Source: Macrostomum lignano
Lineage: Eukaryota
Direction of reading: 5' to 3'
Length of the DNA stretch: 64,000 nucleotides
NCBI GenBank assembly: GCA_002269645.1
Contig: NIVC01002876.1
Coordinates: 1-64,000, forward strand
Part shown: one piece after another, positions 24,721 through 38,300 of the stretch
Numbering within the stretch: position 1 is the stretch's first letter
Layout: every line of letters starts with the position of its first letter
The notes under the pieces: generated by a model
What the model was told of the DNA's origin: nothing
The model's database searches: none
What the model saw: only the letters and a program-made list of their open reading frames with translations
Program-made: the position numbers and the translations under genes

Positions 24721-26129
24721 TAAATTAATACTAACCAGAGTAGCCCTGAATAATTAGTGCAAACTGGCTCGCAGCGCGGCTATTAGAGGACAATTTGACT
24801 GCAGCCCTTCTCGGAAGATCAGATAAAGCGGAACATTTTAATTCTTCAGTCCTATCTCAATTGCATGAAAAATTCTATAAACCAAGTCACGTTGCTATAG
24901 ATAAAAGGAATTGGTTATTTGCGTATGTATAAATAGTTAAAGTTAAAAAAAACTATTGTCGTTCTAATTCTACAATCTAAAATTGTCTTTTAAATAAAAG
25001 ACAATCTACATAAAGATTAAGTAAAATGTATACAACAATTTCTTTTTAATAGAGTTTCTCAAAGTTCAGAATGTGTTGTTTTTATAAAATCTGATGATAA
25101 AATCTCATAAACAAAAACAACAGGTGGCTCAAATTTGGAGCCATAGAAACACTAAGCAAGAAAAAAAAATATTGCTCTTTTTTAGTTTTGGTAAAATTTA
25201 AATCTTGACTTCATAAACAATTGTTTATATTTTAACTAGATTAAAAATAATTTTATGCAAGATGATCATCTCCAAAATAATACAGAGAGGATTGGTGAAG
25301 CTAAAATCTTTGTATTTGTATTATATATTTTTAATATTTATAAATCAATCTATATTTATGAAGGCTTTTTGGAAAATTTTACTGAACTGAACTCAAATTG
25401 TTTAATTCAATATTTATTGGAAAATTAAGTACAGTTCCCACCCACACAAACATTTAAATTAGGTCGACGGCTCTCTAAATAGAAAGCAGCTAAATATGTT
25501 TACTGGATCTCGAATGAAAATACGGTAAAATACTGTAGAAAAAAACTAGGCCATGCTTACCCAGAGTAAGAACACAATTGAGATTATTGGCTGATGAAAT
25601 GGTTTAAGCCAATTATTGCTACATGTTTCCGATGTTCTTCTTTGATTGGCTCTTCTAGACTTTTAAAACATCAATTGTCTGAATTCGATATAAGTTAAAT
25701 CAGACTCTAAATGAAATTGTACAGAACAAAAAGCAAAATGCAATTTAAATGGTATTCGTAGAAGTCATTAATTTTAATATCGTGCTGTACAATTGAAATA
25801 ACAAAATCACGAAATGCAAAGCGTCTTTTAGCTATTTAAATTTATGTTTTTACAAAATCTAGTCAAACATTGTCCAACATTAGAAATATTCTATTTAGAA
25901 CAAAAAGTGTAACAGTCGTACGAGAGTACATAAGGATGGACAACAAACGTACCATAAATATTTTAATACTATATCTAGGCTTAAAATCGCTTGAATACAG
26001 TATTCAGAAGGTAAAAAGGTCGTGTACGAAATGGATTCAAATGTAGATTGATGCAAAAATTAGAGGGCGTCTAGACAAGGTATGTACGCTCGTATAGAGA
26101 CATCTATACACGAACTTGCATTTCTCTCA

Positions 26130-27430
26130 CTAAGTCATCGACTTTGTGACCCACCGTCTAATCGGAATGTGAGTGTACTGATGCTGGGCGTTCCAAGTCT
26201 CATCGCTCTTGTAAATCTTACAAAGCAACGAAATAAATAAAGCATTTAGAAGCACTGAGATGGCTAAAAATACGCCAAACAATATGGCAACAACATTCGG
26301 TGCAAAGCTTGGCCCTTTGACGTGGACAACGTGCAGTCTGACAGCCTTGACGACCACTTTACCTGTTGGCAAATGTACCGAGCACGACACGGAGTAGTCG
26401 CCAAGCAACGCTCCCGGAGCCACCTCCAGGAGGCCGTTGCGTGCCAGCAGATGCTCGCGCGACGCGTGCGGCACGGACCAGTTGGCGTAGGGCGCCGGAT
26501 TGCTGGCACCGAGGCAGGTCAGGTACTGGCCGCGCGACAGAGAAGCGTCCAGTCGATTTGGGCTACCACTGCCACTTTCCGGTGCTGAAAAAAATGATTT
26601 CACTGGTCGTAAGTCATAAATTAGTAATACCAGCTAAAAACACTCAGCCTCATCATTAAAGTCTCACCAACGAGCGACTCCCCGATCACAACCTCCTCGC
26701 TGATGAAGCGCACGCTGATTCGGACGCTGTCTCGCTGAGAGCCGAACACGTTTCGCGACACGCAAGTGACCAGCAGGCCGTCCAGCTCAGGATCGGCAGT
26801 TAGCTGACGGGTGTACACCAACGTCCTGTCGTCGTCGCTTGTAGTCACGCTGCCTAGCACGGAGATGTCGGAAACGTACACCACCAGCTCCACGCTGGGG
26901 TTGGCTGTCCGTCCGGTGCAGCGAATCTCGAATGGCTCCTTGTCGGCCAGCCAGCTCACCTGGCGGCCCCGGCTGATGAGTTGCACGGTCGGCGGCTCCG
27001 GCGGCAGGCCGACAATCTGTTGACGCTCGCCAGCCACCGCCGTGGCGTTCCCGCGCTTGAATCTGGCTCGGCAGGACAGCACGCCGGAATCGGCTGGTTG
27101 AGCCATCAGCCGGACAGTGGCGAAGTGCGGCGACAAGCTGGCCACAATGTCCGATCGCTCGGACCAGGAGTTCAAGAGCTGGTGCTCTCCTGTACCAGCC
27201 GACGAGTTGCCACGCTGCAGCAGGATCACCGCGCGACCATTCAGCCCGATGGAGACCTCGGTGAGGTTCTCCGACTGCGGCCCGTGGCACATGACGGTCA
27301 GGCGGGAGCCCTCGAGTACCGGGCCAGCCGGCAGGGTCTCCAATTGGATTCCAATCCAGTTAGCATCCGCTGACACAGCTGCGGTCAGTGAGATGATTGC
27401 CGCAATTATACGCGTAACTGGTTTATTCAT
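26130..27430 (-). CDS. Ig-superfamily type I membrane protein (signal peptide, 3 Ig-like domains, TM)
   Basis: Exons 27430-26668 and 26584-26130, phase-1 GTGAG..TTTTCAG intron of 83 bp. Ig signatures LTVMC..W..DSGVLSC, IRC..LVTCVSRN, LTC..W..DYSVSC. TM VAILFGVFLAISVLLNALFISLL. A further donor (GTGGGT ~26152) may extend the gene. Confidence 0.85.
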
Positions 27431-27859
27431 TCTCGAGGCCAGAGGTGCCTACATGGGCCGCTATAGTAGAACTGAAATGCTAACAGTGCTGCTGGGGCTT
27501 CTATTTATTCGAAAATCCTTTCTCTTACTTTTCTCTTTTCTCTCTGAACCATGCTTTCTAGCCCCCAGCTAGCTAGCCCTCAGCTAATGAGAGGGGGAGG
27601 CTGTGGTCAGCTTATTGCGTGCACACATTTGGCTCTGCGTGACTGGGTGCATAGTTTGTTAAAATGTACACTCGCTAATAGGTACATTACGTTGTGGAAG
27701 AAGTGCATAGTCGCCATTTTCTAATAATTAGATATGCAAGCGAATGTGAAATAACTGCATGGTAGCCACCCCTAGCTTTGAAATTTATCAAACAAAAAAC
27801 TATACAGACAATTTCGCTCAGTCAACTAATAGTAAAACTGCTTGAATTTCCTGAGCACA

Positions 27860-28115
27860 TGCAAGCGCGCCAATACTGTACGCAGTCACGCACTCACACA
27901 CACGCTCACACAGGGTGTACAGCAGCCCTGACTGTCTAATCGCCAGGCATGTACACTCTCTGTGCCTTGGGGGCTGGCCTTCATGGCTGTGAATAGCACG
28001 ACAACCCCCGAGTCAATTTTCGTGCTCAAACCCCAAGTGAATATGGCAGCGAATCGAACCTGGGGTCCTTGAGCTGCGAAACGCTGAGCTGCTCTGCCCC
28101 TAGGTGACGAGAGAG
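27860..28115 (-). mobile_element. SINE family A, diverged copy with tRNA-like head
   Basis: Body similar to the 9150 and 61720 copies; B-box ggttcgattcg on the minus strand at ~28070-28080. Confidence 0.7.
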
Positions 28116-28769
28116 GTACTCAAGAATGCGATTCTAATAGGTGCCGAAACACGATTTACGGCGATTTCCAGTAGTAAATTTTGTTATAATCCATTCTTTT
28201 TATTGCAATAAACGAATCTCCACCCAGTTATGGCGGAAATTTAAACCTTTGAACGTAATAACAAAAAACAACTGAAATTTATATTTCGTTACTATAGCTT
28301 GTAGTGTGTTACGACACAACAAAACTAAGAATCTTTCCAAGGTAACATAATTAATTACAACAGAAAAAGTGAAATTGAAGCCGAAAATATTAAAAAAACA
28401 TTTTAGCCACTGCAAAGCATTTGCACAACACCAACCTCGACGCTAGTCTTGTAAAAATGAAGCATAAATAATTTTTCGAATAAAATCGTACACAGTAGGG
28501 TCCGATTTCACCGCATAATACTACTGACAAGAGCTTTATAGTAGTTATTATAGTAGCAATGACTATTCATGAAAATATTAAATGCGTGCTCAATGGCAAC
28601 TCGTCTTATGCAGATACGACAATGCCAAATTATGTTTTCAACAGTTATTCTACAGAATAAGGTAGGGAAGCTGATTTTCAATCAAGTTCGTTCATAGCTG
28701 ATGAAGTATGATGTATATTGTGGATAGTAGCGATAAAGATGGCCAGTTTCTCATTAGATAGACAGGTAT

Positions 28770-29235
28770 TATGAGAAATGAGATAAGGTTGAGAGGTTAG
28801 AGATGAAATGGGGTAGAAAGATTAGAGATGAGAGATGAGATGGGGTAAAGAAATGAGAGATGAGAGATGAGAAGGGGTAAAGATGTGAGAGAGAAGAGAT
28901 GAGATGGTTCAGAAAGGTGAGAGATAGAGATGATAGGTGAGATGGGGTAGAGAGATGAGAGATGATAGGTGAGATAGGGTAGGGAGATAAGAGATGATAG
29001 ATGAGATGTGGTAGGGAGATTAGAGATGATAGATGAGATGTGGTAGGGAGATTAGAGATGATAGATGAGTTGTGGTAGGGAGATTAGAGATGATAGATGA
29101 GTTGTGGTAGGGAGATTAGAGATGATAGGTGAGATAGGGTAGGGAGATTAGAGATGATAGATGAGTTGTGGTAGAGAGATTAGAGATGGTAGGTGAGATA
29201 GGGTAGGGAGATTAGAGATGATAGATGAGATGGAT
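28770..29235 (+). repeat. Degenerate ~32-bp purine-rich tandem repeat (gagatgatagatgagatgtggtagggagatta)
   Basis: Direct reading; downstream of the SCHIP1 stop. Confidence 0.85.
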
Positions 29236-29320
29236 ATAGAGGAGAGCGGACCGAATACTAGTTACCAACGCAGCTCAGCGCCGAGTTGCTTCACTCTCAT
29301 TTCGGACGAATCCGGACAGC

Positions 29321-32300
29321 TCAGGTGCTGGTGAACAGTGACACGAGTTTTTTGGGCCTCAGCCTGGCTGTCAGCATCGACATTCGACGACGTACAGGCG
29401 CTGCGGTTGCGGTACCGACAGTGTCGTTGGCTGCCGCGGTCGTTTTTTCTGCCACTCCGACTGAGGCGGATGCGGTGGCGGAAGCGGCGGCTGTAGCGGC
29501 AGTGTCCGCTTCGTGAGCCCGCCTTGTGAGGTCTTCGATCTCCACGAGCATGGCGTCCTGCTCCATGTGCAGGTCATCCCGTTCGATTAGGCAGCGGACG
29601 AGCTCGCTGTTGTGCTCTGCGGGGAAAGCGGTGTGGGGTGGCAGATGGGTTCAGTGTGGGGTGGCCGATGGTCTCAGTGTGGGATGACCGATGGGCTCAG
29701 TGTGGCATGACAGATGGGCTCAGTGTGGGGTGGCCGATGGTCTCAGTGTGGGATGGCCGATGGGTTCAATGTGGGGTGGCCGATGGTCTCAGTGTGGGAT
29801 GGCAGATGGGCTCAGTGTGGGATGGCAGATGGGCGCAGTGTGGGATGGCCGATGGGCTCAGTGTGGGATGGCCGATGGGCTCAGTGTGGGATGACCGATG
29901 GGCTCAGTGTGGCATGACAGATGGGCTCAGTGTGGGATGGTCGATGGGCTCAGTGTGGGATGGTCGATGAGCTCCATGTGGGATGGTCGATGAGCTCCAT
30001 GTGGGATGGCAGATGGGCTCAGTGTGGGGTGGCCGATGGGCTCAGTGTGGGGTGGCCGATGGGCTCAGTGTGGGATGGTCGATGAGCTCCGTGTGGGATG
30101 GCAGATGGGCTCAGTGTGGGGTGGCCGATGGGCTCATTGTGGGGTGGCCGATGGGCTCAGTGTGGGGTGGCCGATGGGCTCAGTGTGGGGTGGCCGATGG
30201 GCTCATTGTGGGATGGCCGATGGGCTCAGTGTGGGGTGGCCGATGGGCTCAGTGTGGGGTGGTCGATGGGCTCAGTGTGGGGTGGCCGATGGGCTCAGTG
30301 TGGGGTGGCCGATGGGCTCAGTGTGGGGTGGCCGATGGGCTCATTGTGGGATGGCCGATGGGCTCAGTGTGGGGTGGCCGATGGGCTCAGTGTGGGGTGG
30401 CCGATGGGCTCATTGTGGAATGGCCGATGGGCTCAGTGTGGGGTGGCCGATGGGCTCAGTGTGGGGTGGCCGATGGGCTCATTGTGGGATGGCCGATGGG
30501 CTCAGTGTGGGGTGGCCGATGGGCTCAGTGTGGGGTGGCCGATGGGCTCAGTGTGGGATGGTCGATGAGCTCCGTGTGGGATGGCAGATGGGCTCAGTGT
30601 GGGGTGGCCGATGGGCTCAGTGTGGGGTGGCCGATGGGCTCATTGTGGGGTGGCCGATGGGCTCAGTGTGGGGTGGCCGATGGGCTCAGTGTGGGGTGGC
30701 CGATGGGCTCATTGTGGGATGGCCGATGGGCTCAGTGTGGGGTGGCCGATGGGCTCAGTGTGGGGTGGCCGATGGGCTCATTGTGGAATGGCCGATGGGC
30801 TCAGTGTGGGGTGGCCGATGGGCTCAGTGTGGGGTGGCCGATGGGCTCATTGTGGGATGGCCGATGGGCTCAGTGTGGGGTGGCCGATGGGCTCAGTGTG
30901 GGGTGGCCGATGGGCTCAGTGTGGGATGGTCGATGAGCTCCGTGTGGGATGGCAGATGGGCTCAGTGTGGGGTGGCCGATGGGCTCAGTGTGGGGTGGCC
31001 GATGGGCTCATTGTGGGGTGGCCGATGGGCTCAGTGTGGGGTGGCCGATGGGCTCAGTGTGGGGTGGCCGATGGGCTCATTGTGGGATGGCCGATGGGCT
31101 CAGTGTGGGGTGGCCGATGGGCTCAGTGTGGGGTGGCCGATGGGCTCATTGTGGAATGGCCGATGGGCTCAGTGTGGGGTGGCCGATGGGCTCAGTGTGG
31201 GGTGGCCGATGGGCTCATTGTGGGATGGCCGATGGGCTCAGTGTGGGGTGGCCGATGGGCCAGAACTCGGCGCTCTCACCCTCAATCCTGGCCAGAAGGC
31301 TATTGTGTGCCAGCTGCAGCGCGCCGAGGCTCATCATTTCTAGGCTGGAGGCGCCCAAGCGGCGCGACGGCGCCACGCCGAGCATCTCGGCGAGGGCGTC
31401 CCGGCAGCGCCGGTCCCTGGCGTGCCGCTCCACCTCAAGCTGCATTCGGGCCATGGGCTCAGCCTGGGCCAGTGCCACCTGCGCTTCCGCCTGCAGCTCC
31501 GCCTGTCGGCGTCGAAGGCAACCGGCATCCGACGCAACGTCCCGACAGCCGGCGTCGCCACCGTCGGCCTGTTCGACGGGCGGCGGCGACGGCGGCGGCG
31601 GTGGCTCCAGGCCGAGGCTGGCGAGGAGCTCCGGCTCCAGAGGACGGCGGCTCGGTCGTAAGGGAGGTGGCGGCGGCGGCGGCGGCTGCAGCGGCAGAGG
31701 TGGGGGGGGGGCAACGATGACCTGCAGTCGGTGAGGCAGTCAGTCTTGCGCAGAGCTTGTTGTTGTTAAATGAGGGTGGGAAGCAAGGGGCCCCCAGATC
31801 AGCCCAAGTAGGGCTCTGCCGCTGGATCTGTCTGTGGGCCATACTGCCAGGGGCATATAGCCCGAGAGGCCACGCTTGGGACCAGGACTCAACGCCTGGA
31901 CATACCTGATTGGGGCTACTAGCTCAAACCTTTGGACTAAGACACCGCCAACCCAAAGTGGAATCAGGGACGGTGCTAGGACCGAGTCCACCCAAGCCAC
32001 CCCCAACGACAAGACCCGGGAGTGCGCGCAAAAAGATTGGAGTTTAGAAAGCGGTCCGAGAAAGCAGAGCTTATTACTGTCAACTAGATGTATAGGTTAT
32101 AAACTACTCTTAATTGAGTAGCTGATGCGCATATTGTTGGGAAAAAAACTCCAATAAAGAATTGATTAATTTTTCAACCTCCAACTCGCTTTCTATGAAC
32201 CAGGAGAATTCTTGAGCATGCTCAGCGCACGATGGACGCTCAGTCACCGGCACTAATGTATAATTGTGCCTTTTCAAATTTCATCTTAGATTACTATTCT

Positions 32301-35300
32301 TTTAATTTAGCATGCGCAACATGTTACTATGGTATATTTTGTTTGGCTGTGCAGTGAAATTTTCATTTTCGTATATTCCTTGATTAAAAGCAATCAGTGA
32401 TTTTGATTAAAAAAATCTGATTTTTCCTATTGTCCAGGAAATAGGCCTCCAAAAAATTACACGATTTTTTTAGTTTTAAGTCCTGTTACTGCAGTGATCC
32501 TCTTATAATGCACAAAAATTCGCAATTGCTTTTGATAGCAGGCAGACCCAATTTTAATGTTTTGATATTCGCAAGAGCTTTTTGTTCAGAAAAGAAAATT
32601 TCTATGTTAATTTATACCTATTTATTATTTTACATTTTAATAAGTATTTATGATGCTTATCTAATTGATTTTGTGACAAAATTGATTTGTAACTACAATA
32701 ATTGAAGCATGCAGACAAATGAGACAATATTGACTAGGCTTCTCTCATGAATATGGTCTATAATAGTCTAATATAAAGAAAGCGTAATTGTGTGTACGAA
32801 GAACATACAATTAACAAAGAACCCTAATTTCCTGCAAATTTGAAGGTAATGTCAAAAGACGAACATTAGGTCTGACTTACTAACAAATTGCAAATTTGTT
32901 AAACTAATTGCAAATTTTGTGCTGAAAAATCAAAAGCCTCCATTCTCCGAAATGTATTTTCTTGGAAAAATCGGCCTCCTAAAATTTCCAAAGAAACACA
33001 GCTTCTACTTGCGTATTCCTTGCACCTTCATCGATTGAGAGTTTACAATCGAGGTAGGGGTTGGGACTCAGGCAGCTACTCAAGATTCCATACGAGCTAC
33101 TCTTATTAAGCGAGGTGACTCAGGTTGGAACACGCGAATGGCAAAACTGAATGAAAAATAAGTAAGCCGATTTTTTATGGCTTGCGTGCTTGCGCCCCCC
33201 CCCCCCCTTGTGAGAGCAGGAGGGAGGCGAAGTTGTAGGGAAGAAAGCGAAGACCGACGAGATCCTCTTAAGTCAGTCACGAATGAGGTCAAAAATCGAT
33301 CTCAGCGCCGTCTTGATAGCCCGACAAGCCATCCGGCTAAAACTGTGTTTCTCGGCTTCTCCCAATAGCTAAGATGCCGCTCATTCACTTCTCAGACACC
33401 TAAACCGCTGAAAGAGCGCGGAATGGAACCCAGGCATCCATTGACGCTGAGCTATAAGTTAATAAAGTAGGTTGACTTGCCTTATCCGAGGATGTCGAAC
33501 CGGAGCCTGTGGAGGCGACGGTGCCAGCCGTCTCGTCATCATCGCTGGTTGCTGGATCGCTGATGAAGCAGAGCTGCATTGAAGCAGTCAGCTAAAGAAG
33601 AGAATTTTAGCTGCATCAGTTTGGGAAGTGAGAAGATCAATATTGATTGGCAGATGGGAGGGCTGGGCAAGAATGGGAGAGGGAGAGGGAGAGGCAGTGA
33701 GTGAGAGGGAGAGGTAGTGAGTGAGAGGGAGAGATAGTGAGTGAGAGGGAGAGGTAGTGAGTGAGAGGGAGAGATAGTGAGGGAGAGGTAGTGAAGGAGA
33801 GGTAGTGAGGGAGAGGTAGTGAGTGAGAGGGAGAGATAGTGAGGGAGAGGTAGTGAAGGAGAGGTAGTGAGGGAGAGGTAGTGAGGGAGAGGTAGTGAGG
33901 GAGAGGTAGTGAGGGAGAGGTAGTGAGGGAGAGGTAGTGAGGGAGAGGTAGTGAGGGAGAGGTAGTGAGGGAGAGGTAGTGAGGGAGAGGTAGTGAGGGA
34001 GAGGTAGTGAGGGAGAGGTAGTGAGGGAGAGGTAGTGAGGGAGAGGTAGTGAGGGAGAGGTAGTGAGGGAGAGGTAGTGAGGGAGAGGTAGTGAGGGAGA
34101 GGTAGTGAGGGAGAGGTAGTGAGGGAGAGGTAGTGAGGGAGAGGTAGTGAGGGAGAGGTAGTGAGGGAGAGGTAGTGAGGGAGAGGTAGTGAGGGAGAGG
34201 TAGTGAGGGAGAGGTAGTGAGGGAGAGGTAGTGAGGGAGAGATAGTGAGGGAGAGGTAGTGAGGGAGAGATAGTGAGGGAGAGGTAGTGAGTGAGAGGTA
34301 GTGAGGGCAGCCCAGAAGACACAGCAAACGGAGGTACAAGAGAAAGCAATAGTTTACAGAAAGGTCACCTCGGTAGCAACGCTCGGTACGAAGCTTCTCG
34401 GCGGTCGACGAAACCGCTGCCATTGCTGCTGCTGCTGCTGTTGTTCCTGCTCGTTGATGCCGCCCAGTGCGTCGTCTTCATCTTCGGAGGCTGCATCATT
34501 GCGAAAGCAGAGCTCCATCCCGGCTGAGAAGCCCCCGCCGCTACCGTCACCGCCGCTGCAACTCCAAGCGGTCGTCGACGAACCGAAACTCGCGGCTCCG
34601 GCAGCTTCGGCTTCCGACTCGCCGTCAGGCCTCCCTGCCAGATTGTCGTCCTCTGAGCCGCAGCTGCTCAGTGCCCGCAGCACCCGCTCCCGCTCCGTCT
34701 CCGCCTGTCGGCGCGGTCGATGCCGCCTGGGAGGCTGCGGAGTAATGAGGATTTATTCAGAGTCGCTTAAATCTCACCTGGGATCAATTACGAATATGGA
34801 CTGCCGACTCCAGCCTCCTCACCTCACTTGCTATGCATTTTTAGGGACCCTTCTCCCCAGCCTCCCCCTGGCTCAGGCGCCATCCTATCCCCATCAGTCT
34901 GACCCCTGCCCCTCATCCCGATGACGGACAGTTGTCTGCGAAGCTTCAGTGTAATGAGAGGAAATGGTATAATTAAAACAAAACTTTGTACTGATGCATA
35001 GACAGGGAGATCAGGGGGCTTTTAGGACTGTTCATTTAATGATAAAATCCTGAGTCTCTTTTGCACAGAAATTTCCGGAAGGGCTGTTGTCGAGGGATAG
35101 AGATTTGACTAGTTATACATTTTTTTATTTGATACTGTTTCACTGACTCATTAATTAATGTACTCGTAGCTCTATAGGCCGCTACCTACACATGAAAAGC
35201 CGCTACCTGCACATGAGAAGCCGCTACCTGCACATGAGAAGCCGCTACCGGCACATGAGACGCCGCTACCTGCACATGAGAAGCCGCTACCTGCACATGA

Positions 35301-38300
35301 GAAGCCGCGCAAACCTACACATGAGGCGCCGCTATCTACACATGAGACGCCGCTATCTATGCATGAGACGCCGCTATCTATGCATGAGAAGCCATTACCT
35401 GCACATGAGAAGCCGCTACCTACACATGAGAAGCCGCGCAAACCTACACACGAGGCGCCGCTACCTACACATGAGAAGCCGCGCAAACCTACACACGAGG
35501 CGCCGCTACCTACACATGAGAAGCCGCGCAAACCTACACATGAGGCGCCGCTATCTACACATGAGACGCCGCTATCTATGCATGAGAAGCCACTACCTGC
35601 ACATGAGAAGCCGCTACCTACACATGAGAAGCCGCGCAAACCTACACATGAGGCGCCGCTACCTGCACATGAGAAGCCGCTACCTACACATGAGAAGCCG
35701 CTAACTACACATGAGACGCCGCGCAAACCTACACATGAGGCGCCGCTATCTACACATGAGACGCCGCTATCTATGCATGAGAAGCCGCTACCTGCACATG
35801 AGAAGCCGTTATCTACACATGAGAAGCCGCGCTACCTACACATGAGAAGCCGTTATCTACACATGAGAAGCCGCGCTACTTACACATGAGAAGCTTTTAT
35901 CTACACATGAGAAGCCGTTATCTACACATGAGAAGCCGTTATCTACACATGAGACGCCGCTATCTATACATGAGAAGCCGTTATCTACACATGAGAAGCC
36001 GTTATCTACACATGAGACGCCGCGCAAACCTACACATGAGGCGCCGCTATCTACACATGAGACGCCGCTATCTATGCATGAGAAGCCGCTACCTGCACAT
36101 GAGAAGCCGTTATCTACACATGAGAAGCCGCGCTACCTACACATGAGAAGCCGTTATCTACACATGAGAAGCCGCGCTACCTACACATGAGAAGCCGCTA
36201 CCTACACATGAGAAGCCGCGCTACCTACACATGAGAATCCGTTATCTACACATGAGAAGCCGTTATCTACACATGAGAAGCCGTTATCTACACATGAGAA
36301 GCCGTTATCTACACATGAGAAGCCGTTATCTACACATGAGAAGCCGTTATCTACACATGAGAAGCCGTTATCTACACATGAGAAGCCGCGCTACCTACAC
36401 ACGAGAAGCCGCTTGATCTCAGCTGCAGCAAAGCGGATAAATTTAATTCAAATAATCCATATGAATTTTGACCAAGGATTTCAGCGGGAAAAAATCTCTC
36501 GAAACTTTTTCGGGAGGAATTTCGCTTCGCTTCCCTTTTAAATCGCTTCGAGTGCGAAGGCCGTAATGAGGATTCGAGCTCGCCCGGATCGAGTAGCTAA
36601 TTTTTTTCTTTCGGCTCGATGAAAACCAAAAAGAGAGAAGCTGGGGGATTTGAGCAGGGAATCTGAGCAGCCCCGGTCGGTGAGCTGATTAAGCGGGAGA
36701 AAAATCCTCACAACAGTGTAAGGGTGGGAAGATCGGATATCGATTGGCCAAGCTACACTGAGTCATTGTGGATTATCTTCTCACGGAGCTGTCCGCAACC
36801 CCTCACCGAGACACTGGAATCCTCACATTTATCTCGGGGTCGCATATCCTTAAGCCTTGTGTCTGTTTCAACTCTTAGTTGAACTTCCTAAGTGATTGTG
36901 TCTTAGTGATTGTAGTAAAGATAAAAACTATACTACTTATAGCGTCAGTTAATGCTAGTAAATGCTAGTTAAAAATCTATTTTTTTCGAAAACTAATAAA
37001 TTATTTCGTCCCGTTTTAGCTGGTAGCTGTCTACAGCGATTATAATTAGTTCTCTTTGGTGTCACCCTCCATAACAGTCTCCACAACAACAGCCTCATCA
37101 TCCGCAGCTGCAGTCTCACCCTCAGCAACAACAGCCTCATCATCCGCAGCTGCAGTCTCACCCTCAGCAACAACAGCCTCATCATCTGCAGCTGCAGTCT
37201 CACCCCTCAGCAAAAACAGCCTCATCATCCGCAGCTGCAGTCTCACCCCTCAGCAAAAACAGCCTCACCATCCGCAGCTGCAGTCTCACCCCTCAGCAAC
37301 AACAGCCTCATCATCCGCAGCTGCAGTCTCACCCCTCAGCAAAAACAGCCTCATCATCCGCAGCTGCAGTCTCACCCCTCAGCAACAACAGCCTCATCAT
37401 CCGCAGCTGCAGTTTCATTCCTCAGCAACAAGAGCCTCACCATCCGCAGCTGCAGTCTCACCCCTCAGCAACAACAGCCTCATCATCCGCAGCTGCAGTC
37501 TCACCCCTCAGCAACAACAGCCTCACCATCCGCAGCTGCAGTCTCACCCTCCTCTTTCTCAGCTCCTCAGCCGCAGCAGACTTGGCCAGCTCAGCCAGTC
37601 GCTGCTCCAGAGCCCGCCACTGCGCCCGCTCAGAGTCGGCCGCCTCAGCATCCGCCGCGTCCGCCCCAGGCCAGTCCGTCCCGAACTCTGCGGCGAGTCC
37701 GGCCTCCCAGCGTCGCTGAGTCCGCAGCTGGCCGAGGCTGTCCTGAGTGTTGGACGAGCGCATCTCGCCGAAGCAGCTGCTCAAGCTGCTGTTGGTCATG
37801 TAGCCCGAGGTTGCTAGGGTAGGCGCAGCCACCGAGCTCGCTTCCTCTTCGTCATTGTTGAACTCCGCATCGTCCGGGTTGCCGCCAGCTGCCGGCCAGT
37901 GGCGCAGCGACTCTTCGGTGCTGCGTGTAGAGGCAATGGCGGCAGATGTCAGGGCTATTGGCAGGGGATGTCAGGGCTATTGGCACCTGATGTCAGGGCT
38001 ATTGGCACCTGATGTCAGGGGTATTGGCAGGGGATGTCAGGGCTATAGGCACCTGATTATAGGGCTATTGACACCGGACACCGGAATTGACACCTATTGA
38101 CACCGGAACCGGAACAGCTACGAGGGAACCGGAACACAGCTACTAGAGAACCGGAACACAGGTACTAGGGAACCGGAACACAGGTACTAGGGAACCGGAA
38201 CACAGGTACTAGGGAACCGGAACACAGCTACTAGGGAACCGGAACACAGGTACTAGGGAACCGGAACACAGGTACTAGGGAACCGGAACACAGCTACTAG

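Noticed and set aside
29983-31720. Long repetitive ORFs of 250-445 aa (also 4758-5649, 33539-34423, 35172-36416, 42575-43378, 43785-44560)
   Set aside because: Stop-free frames of tandem arrays, open in several frames at once; several lie inside phase-consistent introns.
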